Shown here: piece by piece, positions 19,718 to 29,221 of the stretch
How the letters are laid out: every line of letters starts with the position of its first letter
Numbering within the stretch: the first letter of the stretch is position 1
Assembly: GCA_030604855.1 (NCBI GenBank)
Contig: JAUVVC010000009.1
Location: 1 to 32,000 of the forward strand
DNA length: 32,000 nt
Direction: 5' to 3'
Source: Erysipelotrichaceae bacterium
GTDB lineage: Bacteria > Bacillota_I > Bacilli_A > Erysipelotrichales > Erysipelotrichaceae
Translations under genes and position numbers: made by a program
The notes under the pieces: generated by a model
Database searches by the model: none
What the model saw: only the letters and a program-made list of their open reading frames with translations
Told to the model about the DNA's origin: nothing

Positions 19718-20386
19718 ATGATTAAAACAACAAAAAGACGAAATCGATATGGTGTAGTAATCGGCATCTTGATCAGTGTGATCAGTGTCGTTGGATTGAG
19801 TGTCGCGATCTACGCGTATTTTCATAATCGCGAGCCAGAACCAGTCGTTGTGGAACTTGAGGAAGCTCCTGTTGTCCTAACAAAATTGGATCGCTTGATT
19901 TTGGGTGCGCGCAAAGATGCCTTGGCAATGCCGGCGTATGTGAATGCATACTATGCTGGAGGATATCCGCCTGAGGATGAAGGAACGTGTACGGACTTGG
20001 TTTGGCGTGCTTTCATGGAAGCTGATGTCATCTTAAAGGATTTGGTTGATGAAGACATCAAGATGAATCGTGATCGTTACAAACACATCGCTTATCGTGA
20101 TCCCAACATTGATTTCAGACGTGTGCAGAATCTCGCCATCTTCTTTGAAAACAATGCGGAGGTGCTGACAACGGATGTTTATGACACACAAGCCTGGCAA
20201 GCAGGGGATATCGTTGTTTTTGGGAATTATGAGCATATCGGCATCGTTTCAGATATTCGAAATGCGAATGACATCCCGTATTTGATTCACAATAACGATC
20301 AACCTTTGCGCGAAGAAGATCGTTTGGAATACGGATCGTATACGATGGGGATTAAAGCGCATTATCGATATCCTTTAAATCCTTGA
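19718..20386 (+). CDS. DUF1287-domain protein with N-terminal membrane anchor
   Basis: One TM helix (VVIGILISVISVVGLSVAIYAYF). CTDLVWRAF...NIDFRRVQNL..FF...GDIVVFG..HIGIV matches my memory of the DUF1287 pattern. ATG 19718 is preferred; TTG 19697 (ORF track) is possible. Confidence 0.75.
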   Translation: MIKTTKRRNRYGVVIGILISVISVVGLSVAIYAYFHNREPEPVVVELEEAPVVLTKLDRLILGARKDALAMPAYVNAYYAGGYPPEDEGTCTDLVWRAFMEADVILKDLVDEDIKMNRDRYKHIAYRDPNIDFRRVQNLAIFFENNAEVLTTDVYDTQAWQAGDIVVFGNYEHIGIVSDIRNANDIPYLIHNNDQPLREEDRLEYGSYTMGIKAHYRYPLNP

Positions 20387-20390
20387 ATAT

Positions 20391-20420
20391 AAGCACTAAT
20401 CATTTTGACAGTGCTTTTTT
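20391..20420 (+). terminator. Candidate terminator after the DUF1287 gene
   Basis: AAGCACT / AGTGCTT 7-bp stem with a 12-nt loop, followed by TTTT. It overlaps the next promoter's -35. Confidence 0.5.
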
Positions 20421-20433
20421 AGTATGGCATAAT
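20405..20433 (+). promoter_or_regulatory. Sigma-A promoter for the aminotransferase gene
   Basis: TTGACA (20405-20410), 17-nt spacer, CATAAT (20428-20433). Confidence 0.6.
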
Positions 20434-20456
20434 TGCTAAGAAATATGAGGTGTCCC

Positions 20457-21617
20457 ATGTTAGATCGCGTCAATACACAAGTTCTTAAATTTAAAAAAAG
20501 TGGCATACGAAAATTCGCAGAAGCCGCATCGTTAATACCTGGTGTCGTTTCTTTGACCATAGGTGAACCGGAGTTCAATACATCGGACCGGATCAAAGAT
20601 GCGACAAAGCAAGCTTTGGATGACAATCATACCCATTATCCTTCTGGACAAGGCTTGTTAAGTCTGCGCCAAGCGGTAGCGGATTTTGAATCTAAGCAAA
20701 ACAAAATGCAATACAAAGCAGAGGAGGTCATCATCACCAATGGTTCCACCGAAGGTTTGGCAGCGTGTTTTCTGGCGCTTTTGAATGAGGGGGATGAAGT
20801 GATCATTCCACAACCGATGTATGTCACCTATCAACCCATGATTGAATACTGTAAAGCTAAAATGGTTCCACTAGACATTAGTTTGTCGAATTTTCAAATT
20901 GATGAAGCTGCACTTAGGGCATTGATCACACCCAGAACGAAGTTGATGGTCATCACTTCACCTAACAATCCAACAGGTGTCGTTTTGAATAAGCAAAGCT
21001 TGGATGCAATCAAGGCCATCGCACTTGAACATCGCATTTTTGTCATCAGCGATGACGTTTATCAACAACTTGTGTATGTCGATCATTTTCAAAAGCTGAG
21101 TGATGATGTGGAAATGCGACACTTATTGATTGTGGCACAGAGTTTCTCCAAGCCTTATGCCATGACGGGTTGGCGGATCGGGTATTTATTGGCGGATGCT
21201 CCGATTGCGGCACACATCAATATGATGCACAGTTATTTGGTAACCGGTATCTCTACGTTCACACAAGTTGCGACGATTGAAGCTTTGAATGAAGATACAT
21301 CGCATGTTCGTGAAGTCTATCGTCAACGGTTGCTTCGTTCAATGAAGATTCTGGATGATTTTAACATTGATTATGTCAAACCCGAAGGTGCTTTTTATAT
21401 CTTTATTAAGATCAAGGAATTTGGCATGGCGAGCGAAGCTTTCTGCAATAAAGCTTTGCATGATTATAAACTCGCCTTGGTTCCAGGGATTTATTTCAAC
21501 ACATCAAAGGATGAGTACATCCGTATTTCTTATGCGGTTAAAGAAAAGGATTTATATGAAGGGTTGAATCGCTTAGGCACCATGGTGAAAGATCTACGCA
21601 ATGAAAAAAATAACTAA
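20457..21617 (+). CDS. Class I/II pyridoxal-phosphate-dependent aminotransferase (AspC-like)
   Basis: GEPEFNT, NPTG and SFSKPYAMTGWRIGY (PLP-lysine motif). ATG 20457 with SD GAGGTG is preferred over the TTG at 20433, which overlaps the -10. Confidence 0.9.
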   Translation: MLDRVNTQVLKFKKSGIRKFAEAASLIPGVVSLTIGEPEFNTSDRIKDATKQALDDNHTHYPSGQGLLSLRQAVADFESKQNKMQYKAEEVIITNGSTEGLAACFLALLNEGDEVIIPQPMYVTYQPMIEYCKAKMVPLDISLSNFQIDEAALRALITPRTKLMVITSPNNPTGVVLNKQSLDAIKAIALEHRIFVISDDVYQQLVYVDHFQKLSDDVEMRHLLIVAQSFSKPYAMTGWRIGYLLADAPIAAHINMMHSYLVTGISTFTQVATIEALNEDTSHVREVYRQRLLRSMKILDDFNIDYVKPEGAFYIFIKIKEFGMASEAFCNKALHDYKLALVPGIYFNTSKDEYIRISYAVKEKDLYEGLNRLGTMVKDLRNEKNN

Positions 21618-22110
21618 GGCAATTGGCTTAATCATTTTAATCCATGTCTTTGCGGTTTATGTCAGCTATCTTATTTTCACACTTCTCAATCTTGATTTTT
21701 ATCGTCTGTTTAATCAAGATTTATGGATTGCATTCAGTGCTCATTCCATCAGTATCGGTTTCATCTATATGCTGATACGTTGGTTTCTAGGTAAATGGTA
21801 TAAAGAAGCATATCAATATCCCTATCAGGCACGCATTTTGTGGATTGTATTGTTGAGTGCGTATGCCATCGTATTTATTGCGGAGAACCAAGGTCAATCG
21901 TATTGGGAATATTTTTTTTGGTTCAACTATCCTTTGGGTTCTTTTTTCAAGACGGTCAATGCGGATGTTTTTGATTTTAGATTTAGATTGATCTTGCTAA
22001 TGGGAATCAGTGTTCAAAGTCTATCGCTGGCCATCATCGATGCTTTCGATCGCTTGATGATGCGACATAAAAAGAAGTCACTTAAGACTTCTTTGACCAA
22101 ACAGTATTGA
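21601..22110 (+). CDS. Hypothetical multi-pass membrane protein
   Basis: 169 aa with about four hydrophobic helices and a basic C-terminal tail. 17-nt overlap with the aminotransferase 3' end. No family recognised. Confidence 0.6.
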   Translation: MKKITKAIGLIILIHVFAVYVSYLIFTLLNLDFYRLFNQDLWIAFSAHSISIGFIYMLIRWFLGKWYKEAYQYPYQARILWIVLLSAYAIVFIAENQGQSYWEYFFWFNYPLGSFFKTVNADVFDFRFRLILLMGISVQSLSLAIIDAFDRLMMRHKKKSLKTSLTKQY

Positions 22111-22716
22111 GCCGAGTCGAAACTGGCTTGCCCCATTCCGATAAGCGATTTCATAGTCATGACTCATGCCCATCGACAATGTCCTCAATTGAGGATATTT
22201 TTTTTGCAGTGATTTGAATAGTTCATGGGCTCTTTGAAATGTCTGATTGATTTCATCTGTGTTTTCGGTATTGGGTCCGATGACCATGAACCCTTCACAA
22301 TGAACGAATCGACATTGGTTTACGTGTTCAATCAAGCTCTCAACCTGATCTTTTGCGACTCCAGCTTTTGTCGTTTCATCCGTAAGTTTCACTTGAATCA
22401 AAATCGGCATAGATTTCTGGATCTTGTCACATTCTTTTTCAATCGTGTCGATCAGTTCTATCGAATCTACCGCATCGATCCGATCCGCATAACGAACGCA
22501 ATCTTTGACTTTGTTCCGTTGAAGATGTCCAATGAAGTGCCAGATGATATCGCTCTTATAAGGGGCTTTACGTTTAAGTTCTTGGACTTTGTTTTCACCA
22601 AAGTGTCTGAATCCTTGCTGGTAGACTGCTTCGATGGCATCAAGCTCAAACGTCTTGCTTACAGCAACGATTTCCGTGATGTTCGGATATTTCAATCGGT
22701 ATTCCTGATGGTTCAT
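22078..22716 (-). CDS. yggS: YggS/YlmE-family PLP homeostasis protein
   Basis: 212 aa. VAVSKT (PLP Lys), FGENKVQE, HFIGHLQRNK and LSMGMSHDY..A...G....R.G..LFG motifs. SD GAGGT. Confidence 0.9.
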   Translation of the reverse strand: MNHQEYRLKYPNITEIVAVSKTFELDAIEAVYQQGFRHFGENKVQELKRKAPYKSDIIWHFIGHLQRNKVKDCVRYADRIDAVDSIELIDTIEKECDKIQKSMPILIQVKLTDETTKAGVAKDQVESLIEHVNQCRFVHCEGFMVIGPNTENTDEINQTFQRAHELFKSLQKKYPQLRTLSMGMSHDYEIAYRNGASQFRLGSILFGQRSLK

Positions 22717-22760
22717 ATTTACCTCGGGTTCATGTTAAACTGTTATCAGAGGGTATCGCT

Positions 22761-24434
22761 ATGCAGAAATCATCCATCCATTCCGTTGTATATCAAATCT
22801 GGCCACGCTCATTCATGGATTCCAATGACGATGGCATCGGGGATATCAAGGGAATATTGAGTCGCTTGGATCATATTAAGGATTTGGGAGCGAATCAGAT
22901 CTGGCTTAGTCCTGTCTATCGTTCACCGAATCATGATTATGGTTATGATGTGCAAGATTATTATAGCATACAGCCTGAATTTGGTACGATGGACGATATG
23001 GATGCACTGATTCGTGCGTGTCATGATCGTGGCATTGGATTGATCATGGATTTGGTGGCGAACCATACATCGGACCAACATCCCTGGTTTCAAGCAGCTT
23101 TGAGTGATGTGGGTTCCAAATATCGTGATTTCTATTTTTTTCGTGAAGGAAAATTGAATCGAGAACCCAATAATTGGATCAGTTTGTTTGGTGGAAGTGC
23201 GTGGACTAAGGTGGATAGTGAAGAGAACACCTACTATTTGAGTTTGTTCACACCCAATCAATGTGACTTAAACTGGCGTAATCCTGAGCTTCGCGCCGAG
23301 ATTCGCAGGATCATGCGGTTTTGGCTGGACAAAGGCATAGATGGATTCAGAATGGATGTCATCAACATGATTAGTAAGATACCCGATCTTTTGGACAAGA
23401 ACCCACATAAAAAAGGTTACCAGTTTGCGGATGACCATATCATCTCCCGACCAGAAAGCTTTGATTATCTGCTGGAAATGTATGATGCGATTCTGCAGGA
23501 TCACACAGGTTTGTTTGTCGGTGAAGGTGTTTTAATCAGTCCTGAGAGTGCCAAACTTTACAGTGGTAAAGATTCCAAGATGTTGGATTTGATGTTTCAT
23601 TTCGATACAGTCTTGATTGGTTGTGGACCTTTAGGTAAGTATGACTTCAGACGATTCTATCGTTGGACGATTAAAGAGTTCAAAACGATTTATTTCAAAT
23701 GGCAATTAGCTTCCGTTCAGGATGAGTTTTTTTTGGGAAATTTCCTCTCTAATCACGATAATGGACGAGCGGTATCTCGTTTTGGAGATGAGAAGAAGTA
23801 TCACAAGGAAAGTGCCAAAGCACTGAATCTACTGACTTTGATGAGTCGTGGAACACCCTTTATTTATCAAGGGGAAGAAATTGGGATGACGAATCTCAAA
23901 CTCGAACAAGAAGACTGGCGTGATTTTGAAGCCATCAACGATTGTGTAGTGTTACAAAAGATGATGCATCTCCCGAAGCAGTTTGCGAAGAAGATCATTC
24001 AAAAGATGACACGTGACAATGCACGGACACCGATGCAATGGACGAATGATGTGTATGCTGGGTTTTCACACGTCCAGCCGTGGCTCAAGGTGAATCCCAA
24101 TAAGAATGAAATCAACGTGTTGGATCAGATACAAGATCAAGATTCCATCTTGTGTTTCACGAAACAAGCCATCGAGCTCTATAAATCCGATCCTACATTC
24201 GCGTTTGGTAATGTGCTTCCTTATCTACCGAAACATTCTGAATTGCTCGCTTTTGAACGTGTGGGAGGTCATCGTTATCTTGTGTTGATCAATCTTTCTA
24301 AACACTCGATCCAGTTCCCAATCGATGATGCGTACATCGAAGGTGAGTGTCTCATCGCTAATTATCCCGTAGGTCCCCTAGTGACCAAAATGGTCTTCAG
24401 ACCTTATGAAGCACGTGTCTATCGAGTCATATAA
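22761..24434 (+). CDS. GH13 alpha-glucosidase / oligo-1,6-glucosidase
   Basis: 557 aa. VVYQIWPRSFMDSNDDGIGDIKG, DLVANHTS, GFRMDVINMISK and FLSNHDNGR are the GH13 conserved regions I-IV. Confidence 0.9.
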   Translation: MQKSSIHSVVYQIWPRSFMDSNDDGIGDIKGILSRLDHIKDLGANQIWLSPVYRSPNHDYGYDVQDYYSIQPEFGTMDDMDALIRACHDRGIGLIMDLVANHTSDQHPWFQAALSDVGSKYRDFYFFREGKLNREPNNWISLFGGSAWTKVDSEENTYYLSLFTPNQCDLNWRNPELRAEIRRIMRFWLDKGIDGFRMDVINMISKIPDLLDKNPHKKGYQFADDHIISRPESFDYLLEMYDAILQDHTGLFVGEGVLISPESAKLYSGKDSKMLDLMFHFDTVLIGCGPLGKYDFRRFYRWTIKEFKTIYFKWQLASVQDEFFLGNFLSNHDNGRAVSRFGDEKKYHKESAKALNLLTLMSRGTPFIYQGEEIGMTNLKLEQEDWRDFEAINDCVVLQKMMHLPKQFAKKIIQKMTRDNARTPMQWTNDVYAGFSHVQPWLKVNPNKNEINVLDQIQDQDSILCFTKQAIELYKSDPTFAFGNVLPYLPKHSELLAFERVGGHRYLVLINLSKHSIQFPIDDAYIEGECLIANYPVGPLVTKMVFRPYEARVYRVI

Positions 24435-24482
24435 GTGGACTTTGTCTAAGATTTCAAACACAATAAAGGAAAAGGAGATCCT

Positions 24483-24941
24483 ATGTTGCAAGTAAATGAT
24501 TTAGCACCTGATTTCACATTGGTGAATCAAAAAGGTGAAACACGCCGTTTAAGTGATTATCGTGGCCAATATGTCGTACTTTACTTTTATCCAAAGGACA
24601 ACACACCGGGTTGTACGACACAAGCGTGTACGTACCGTGATGCGATGCCGATGTATGTAAAAAACAACATTAAAGTCTTTGGCATCAGTAAGGATGGGAT
24701 TAAGAGTCATCAGAAGTTTGAACAGGATTTTGAATTGAATTTCGATATCTTGAGCGATGAAGAACTGGAAGTCATCACTGCGTATGATGTATGGAAGGAA
24801 AAGAACATGTATGGAAAGATGGTTTTCGGCGTACAGCGTTCCACCTTTGTGGTTGACCCTGAAGGGAAGATCGCACATGTCTTTATCAAAGTCGATCCAA
24901 AATTGGATTCAGAGCTTGTTCTTAAAGCGATTTTAGGCTAA
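24483..24941 (+). CDS. bcp: Thioredoxin-dependent peroxiredoxin (Bcp type)
   Basis: 152 aa. YFYPKDNTPGCTTQAC peroxidatic Cys motif. SD AAGGAG. Confidence 0.9.
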   Translation: MLQVNDLAPDFTLVNQKGETRRLSDYRGQYVVLYFYPKDNTPGCTTQACTYRDAMPMYVKNNIKVFGISKDGIKSHQKFEQDFELNFDILSDEELEVITAYDVWKEKNMYGKMVFGVQRSTFVVDPEGKIAHVFIKVDPKLDSELVLKAILG

Positions 24942-24961
24942 CCCGAGGGGGTTGGCTTTTT
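24937..24961 (+). terminator. Intrinsic terminator after bcp
   Basis: GCTAACCC / GGGTTGGC stem with a GAGG loop, followed by TTTTT. It overlaps the stop codon. Confidence 0.65.
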
Positions 24962-25024
24962 ATTCGCTCTTCTAATTCAGTTGTTATTTTAGTATAATTC
25001 ATTATTGAGGAATGGAGGATTTCC

Positions 25025-27955
25025 ATGTTTTTAAAACGAATTGAAATACAGGGGTTCAAGTCCTTCGCAGATCGTGTCAATATCAGCTTTGACCATCCTG
25101 TCACGGGTGTCGTTGGGCCAAATGGGTGTGGAAAAAGCAATATCGTTGACGCGATACGTTGGGTCTTAGGGGAACAATCCGTTAAGTCATTACGGGGATC
25201 CACCATGACGGATGTCATCTTTACAGGCAGTGAACATCGTCGTCAAGTCAATTTTGCCGAAGTGACTTTGGTATTTGATAATAGCGATCGAGCCTTTAAT
25301 CTTGCTTTTGATGAGATTGAAATCACACGGCGACTTCATCGAGAGAATGCGGAGGCTGAGTATCTCATCAACAAGGTGCCTTGTCGCTTACGAGACATCA
25401 CAAGTTTGACGATGGACAGTGGAATCGGACGAGATTCTTTAAGTTTGATCTCACAGGGTACGATCACCAGTTTTTCAGAAGCTAAGCCAATTGATCGACG
25501 TGGGATCTTTGAAGAGGCAGCAGGGGTTGCGAAGTATCGAAAACGCAAGGATGAGGCGATCAACAAACTGGTCAAAACAGAGGCCAATTTGGAGCGGATC
25601 AACGATATTTACTTAGAGCTTCAAAAACAAGTATATCCCTTAAAGAAGGCTGCACAAAAAGCCGAAATCTATAAAACGAAGAAAGAACGTTTACAAAAGA
25701 TTGAAATTGCTGTTTTGAGTGATCAGATCACGTATTTGACAACGGAAATTGCGAATGCACGCAATGAGTTGAGTGAACTTCAAGCCAAAGAAGCTTTGTT
25801 GGAAGCCTCCATCCAGGTTTCTGAAAACAACAACATGTTGGCTAAGGATGAGATCGCACAGTTGGATCAACAACTTCATCATCTTCAAGAAGCCTTGGTT
25901 CGGGTCGTCAATGAAATACAGACACTCGAGACACGTAAAATTGAAATTGATGAAAAGCGTAAATACACCTTGGAAGTCGGTAATCAAGAAGAAAAAGCAA
26001 TTCAAATACAGAGTCTGCTTGAAGAAGCGCGCCGTGAGTACGAGGATCGTGATCAACGTCTCACCCAATTGAATTTAGATGTTCAAACGTTGACAGGAAG
26101 AAGCATTGCGATCAATCGTCAATTGATCGATCAAAACACCCGTGTTGAAGAAGCGCAAAGCCGTTTGAATCGGGTTCAAAACCGCTTGGAAGTGGCAAAA
26201 AATTTGGAGTCTCGCCCATACATGAATCAAATGGGGGTTCAAGCCGTCATCAATGCCCAACAAAGCCTCGTGGGTGTTCATGGAGTCGTTTCTAAATTGT
26301 TGAAACCACAGGTCGGCTATGAAGATGCGGTCGGTGTTGCCTTAGGTGGTGCTTTGTATCACATCGTTACTCAAGATGAAGCCGCAGCTCGTCAAGCCAT
26401 TAACTTTCTTAAGAAAAATGAATCGGGTCGAGCGACATTCTTACCGATGTCTGTCTTATTCACCCGTCACTTGAATCGTGAACACGAGATCGTTTGTCTA
26501 AGTTCAAATGGTTTCCTTGGAACAGCGGACAGCTTCGTGGATTGCGATCGTAAATTTGAACTGGTTCGAAGCTCTTTACTGGGCAATGTTTTGGTATGTG
26601 ACAACTTGGAGAATGGAAATCATTTGGCCAAGTTGTTGAATTATCAATACAAACTTGTAACCCTGGAAGGGGATGTGATCCATCGTGGGGGATCCATGAC
26701 GGGTGGTCGTCAGAAGGATGCCCATTCGCCTTTGTCGATTACAAAAGAGATCAATGAGTTAAAAACGGACATCGAACGTTATCAGAAAGAGCTTCATTCA
26801 AGTCAAGATCAGTTGTTTGATTTGAACAATCAAAAAGCTGAACTCGAAAATGATTTGATGGAAAAGCGAATCGCAGCTGCACAATTGGAACCGGTTTTGG
26901 ATTCCAAACGTGCGAAATTTGAACGGCTTAAAGCGGATTTGGATCAGTTGATTCCCAATGGCAGTGAACAGGGTATCAGTTTTGAAGAAGACTTGATTGA
27001 CATGTTAAATAAAGCCTACTTCAATCGTGACGATGCGAATGGTCAATTGAAGACCAAACGTGAACTTCGACTAAAGTATGCACAGGAAAGTGAACGTCGT
27101 GATCTGCAGGTTCGTCAACAACGACGTGATCTCAGTGCACTTCAGATTTTAAAGCGTGATATCGAACTGCAGGCGACGCGGCAGGAAACCAACATTGAGA
27201 ACCTCATGAATCGTCTGAGTAAAGATTATCAAATGACGTATGAGTTCACTCTGACTTTGCCAAAGCTTGAAGGCGTTGAAGATGCGCACGAGGAGGTCAA
27301 TCGCTTGCGTAAGGACATCGAAGCCTTAGGCAACATCAACATGATGGCACCGCAGGAATATGAAGCCATCAACGCACGTTATGAAGAAATGAAAGCTCAG
27401 TATGATGAGATTCTTGAAAGTAAAGACAAAATCTTGGCTTTGATTCAAGATTTGGATGGCATCATGGTTCAACAGTTCAAAGAGATGTTGGATAAGATCA
27501 ATGCCGAATTGCCAGAAGTCATTCAAGCGATGTTTGGTGGCGGTAAAGCATATCTCGCATTAGAAGATCCCAATGACTATTTGAACTCCGGCATCGAGAT
27601 CCACGTTCAACCACCGGGTAAATCGATCAAGAACATGCGCTTATTCTCGGGGGGAGAAAAGAGTTTGATTGCCATTTCCGTGCTTTTTGCGATTCTAAAG
27701 GCAAGGCATGTGCCACTTTGTGTGTTCGATGAAGTTGAAGCTGCGCTGGATCAGGCAAATGTCGAACGTTTCTCAAGTTACTTGAAGAAATTTTCGCACA
27801 GCACACAATTCATCGTATTGACGCATCGTCCTGGAACGATGGCGCAATGTGACGTCTTGTTTGGGGTTACTATGAACAACAGTGGAGTTTCACAAATGCT
27901 CAAAGTGCGTTTAGCAGATGCGATGATGTTGGCTGAGGAGGTCGTGGCAGAATGA
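25025..27955 (+). CDS. smc: Chromosome segregation protein SMC
   Basis: 976 aa. Walker A GPNGCGKSN, long heptad-rich coiled coils, hinge region, signature FSGGEKSL and Walker B CVFDEVEAALD. SD GGAGGA. Confidence 0.95.
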   Translation: MFLKRIEIQGFKSFADRVNISFDHPVTGVVGPNGCGKSNIVDAIRWVLGEQSVKSLRGSTMTDVIFTGSEHRRQVNFAEVTLVFDNSDRAFNLAFDEIEITRRLHRENAEAEYLINKVPCRLRDITSLTMDSGIGRDSLSLISQGTITSFSEAKPIDRRGIFEEAAGVAKYRKRKDEAINKLVKTEANLERINDIYLELQKQVYPLKKAAQKAEIYKTKKERLQKIEIAVLSDQITYLTTEIANARNELSELQAKEALLEASIQVSENNNMLAKDEIAQLDQQLHHLQEALVRVVNEIQTLETRKIEIDEKRKYTLEVGNQEEKAIQIQSLLEEARREYEDRDQRLTQLNLDVQTLTGRSIAINRQLIDQNTRVEEAQSRLNRVQNRLEVAKNLESRPYMNQMGVQAVINAQQSLVGVHGVVSKLLKPQVGYEDAVGVALGGALYHIVTQDEAAARQAINFLKKNESGRATFLPMSVLFTRHLNREHEIVCLSSNGFLGTADSFVDCDRKFELVRSSLLGNVLVCDNLENGNHLAKLLNYQYKLVTLEGDVIHRGGSMTGGRQKDAHSPLSITKEINELKTDIERYQKELHSSQDQLFDLNNQKAELENDLMEKRIAAAQLEPVLDSKRAKFERLKADLDQLIPNGSEQGISFEEDLIDMLNKAYFNRDDANGQLKTKRELRLKYAQESERRDLQVRQQRRDLSALQILKRDIELQATRQETNIENLMNRLSKDYQMTYEFTLTLPKLEGVEDAHEEVNRLRKDIEALGNINMMAPQEYEAINARYEEMKAQYDEILESKDKILALIQDLDGIMVQQFKEMLDKINAELPEVIQAMFGGGKAYLALEDPNDYLNSGIEIHVQPPGKSIKNMRLFSGGEKSLIAISVLFAILKARHVPLCVFDEVEAALDQANVERFSSYLKKFSHSTQFIVLTHRPGTMAQCDVLFGVTMNNSGVSQMLKVRLADAMMLAEEVVAE

Positions 27956-28905
27956 ATATCTTTCAAAAGATAAAGGAACATTTCAGTCCGAAACATGATG
28001 TCTATTTCGAAGGATTTAAGAAAACAGATGAACGTTTTGGTCAAGGTTTGTTTAAACTATTACGTAAAAAATCGAATTTGGATGAGGATTTCTATAAAGA
28101 CTTGAATCAAGTGTTGATCGAGAGTGATGTGGGCGTCGATGCATCGAAACAAATTCTCAAACGCTTGGAGAAAGATGTCAATCGACTGAATCTGAAATCA
28201 AGTGCGGATGCAATCGAACAACTCGTTGAGATTCTGCTTGAGGTCTTGATGGAGTATCCACTTGTTCTGGAGGATCGCTTGAACATCATTCTGATGGTCG
28301 GTGTGAATGGAAGTGGAAAAACGACGAGCAGTGCCAAATTGGCAGCTTTGTATAAAGCAACAGGGAAGAAAGTCTTACTTGTGGCAGCAGATACCTTTCG
28401 TGCAGCTGCTGTCAAGCAACTGCAGACTTGGGCTGAACGGATCGATGTGCCTTGCTTTGTGGGTAAAGAAAACTCAGATCCCGCATCAGTTGTGGTGGAT
28501 GCGTGTAAGAAGGCACTTCAGGAAGATTTTGATGTCTTGATCATCGATACGGCAGGTCGCCTTCAGACAAAAGTGAATCTGATGCAAGAGTTGGAAAAGA
28601 TTCATCGTGTCATTGAGAAGATCGTGGGTTATCCTGCTCAACACAGTTTCTTGGTTCTGGATGCCAGCACAGGTCAGAATGCGCTCAGTCAGGCAGATGC
28701 CTTCTTAGCAAGTTCCAAGATCAATGCGATTATCTGTACGAAGATGGATGGGACGGCAAAAGGGGGGGTGATCATCGCTTTGGCAATGAATCAAAAACTT
28801 CCGGTTGCGTTTGTCGGTTTAGGTGAAAAAGTTGAGGATCTCAGTTTGTTTGATAAAGAACTCTATCTTTCCTCCATCACCCAAGGTTATCGCAATGACG
28901 AATAA
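27952..28905 (+). CDS. ftsY: Signal recognition particle receptor FtsY
   Basis: 317 aa. GVNGSGKTTS, DTAGR and TKMDGTAKGG SRP-GTPase motifs. ATGA overlap with smc. Confidence 0.95.
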   Translation: MNIFQKIKEHFSPKHDVYFEGFKKTDERFGQGLFKLLRKKSNLDEDFYKDLNQVLIESDVGVDASKQILKRLEKDVNRLNLKSSADAIEQLVEILLEVLMEYPLVLEDRLNIILMVGVNGSGKTTSSAKLAALYKATGKKVLLVAADTFRAAAVKQLQTWAERIDVPCFVGKENSDPASVVVDACKKALQEDFDVLIIDTAGRLQTKVNLMQELEKIHRVIEKIVGYPAQHSFLVLDASTGQNALSQADAFLASSKINAIICTKMDGTAKGGVIIALAMNQKLPVAFVGLGEKVEDLSLFDKELYLSSITQGYRNDE

Positions 28906-29209
28906 GAATGAGCGTTACAACAACCTTTTGGATTGGTATGAGTGTTTATTGACGGATAAGCAAAAAGAAATCGCACACATGTATTTTCGAGAAGATTTCT
29001 CATTATCTGAAATTGCAGAGCATACAAAAAGCAGTCGCAGTGCTGTACACGACAGTGTTCAAAGAGTAGAATCATTATTAGATAAATATGAAGACAATCT
29101 CCAGTGTTTCCAACACTTCTCCCTTCGTCAAGCGATCTATCAGAAGCTCAGTGCGCTCAAGATCGATGAAGTAGATGCCTTGGTAGAACAATTGAATGAG
29201 ATTGAATAA
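28895..29209 (+). CDS. ylxM: YlxM/p13-like putative helix-turn-helix protein (UPF0122)
   Basis: LLDWYECLLTDKQKEIAHMYFREDFSLSEIAE...SRSAVHDSV matches the YlxM pattern. The start is moved to ATG 28895, an 11-nt overlap with ftsY. Confidence 0.85.
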   Translation: MTNKNERYNNLLDWYECLLTDKQKEIAHMYFREDFSLSEIAEHTKSSRSAVHDSVQRVESLLDKYEDNLQCFQHFSLRQAIYQKLSALKIDEVDALVEQLNEIE

Positions 29210-29221
29210 GGAGCAAGAAAA

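Noticed and set aside
19461-19825. ORF-track entries 19461-19664 (+) and 19574-19825 (-)
   Set aside because: Neither has recognisable features. The rubredoxin CDS on the minus strand and the divergent promoter region explain this DNA better.
22225-22860. 211-aa + strand ORF antisense to almost all of yggS and running into the alpha-glucosidase start
   Set aside because: No recognisable motifs, no SD, and Cys/Phe-rich low-information composition. The opposite strand carries a clearly motif-bearing YggS. It is most likely a chance antisense ORF.
25025-27955. SMC length (976 aa) as evidence of truncation
   Set aside because: Both head halves, the hinge and the coiled-coil arms are present. 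Shorter SMC proteins of about this size occur, as far as I recall, in Mollicutes and related lineages. It is likely lineage-typical.
28823-28894. N-terminal extension of the ylxM ORF
   Set aside because: It lies within the ftsY 3' end. The YlxM-like sequence starts at MTNKNERYNNLL (ATG 28895).
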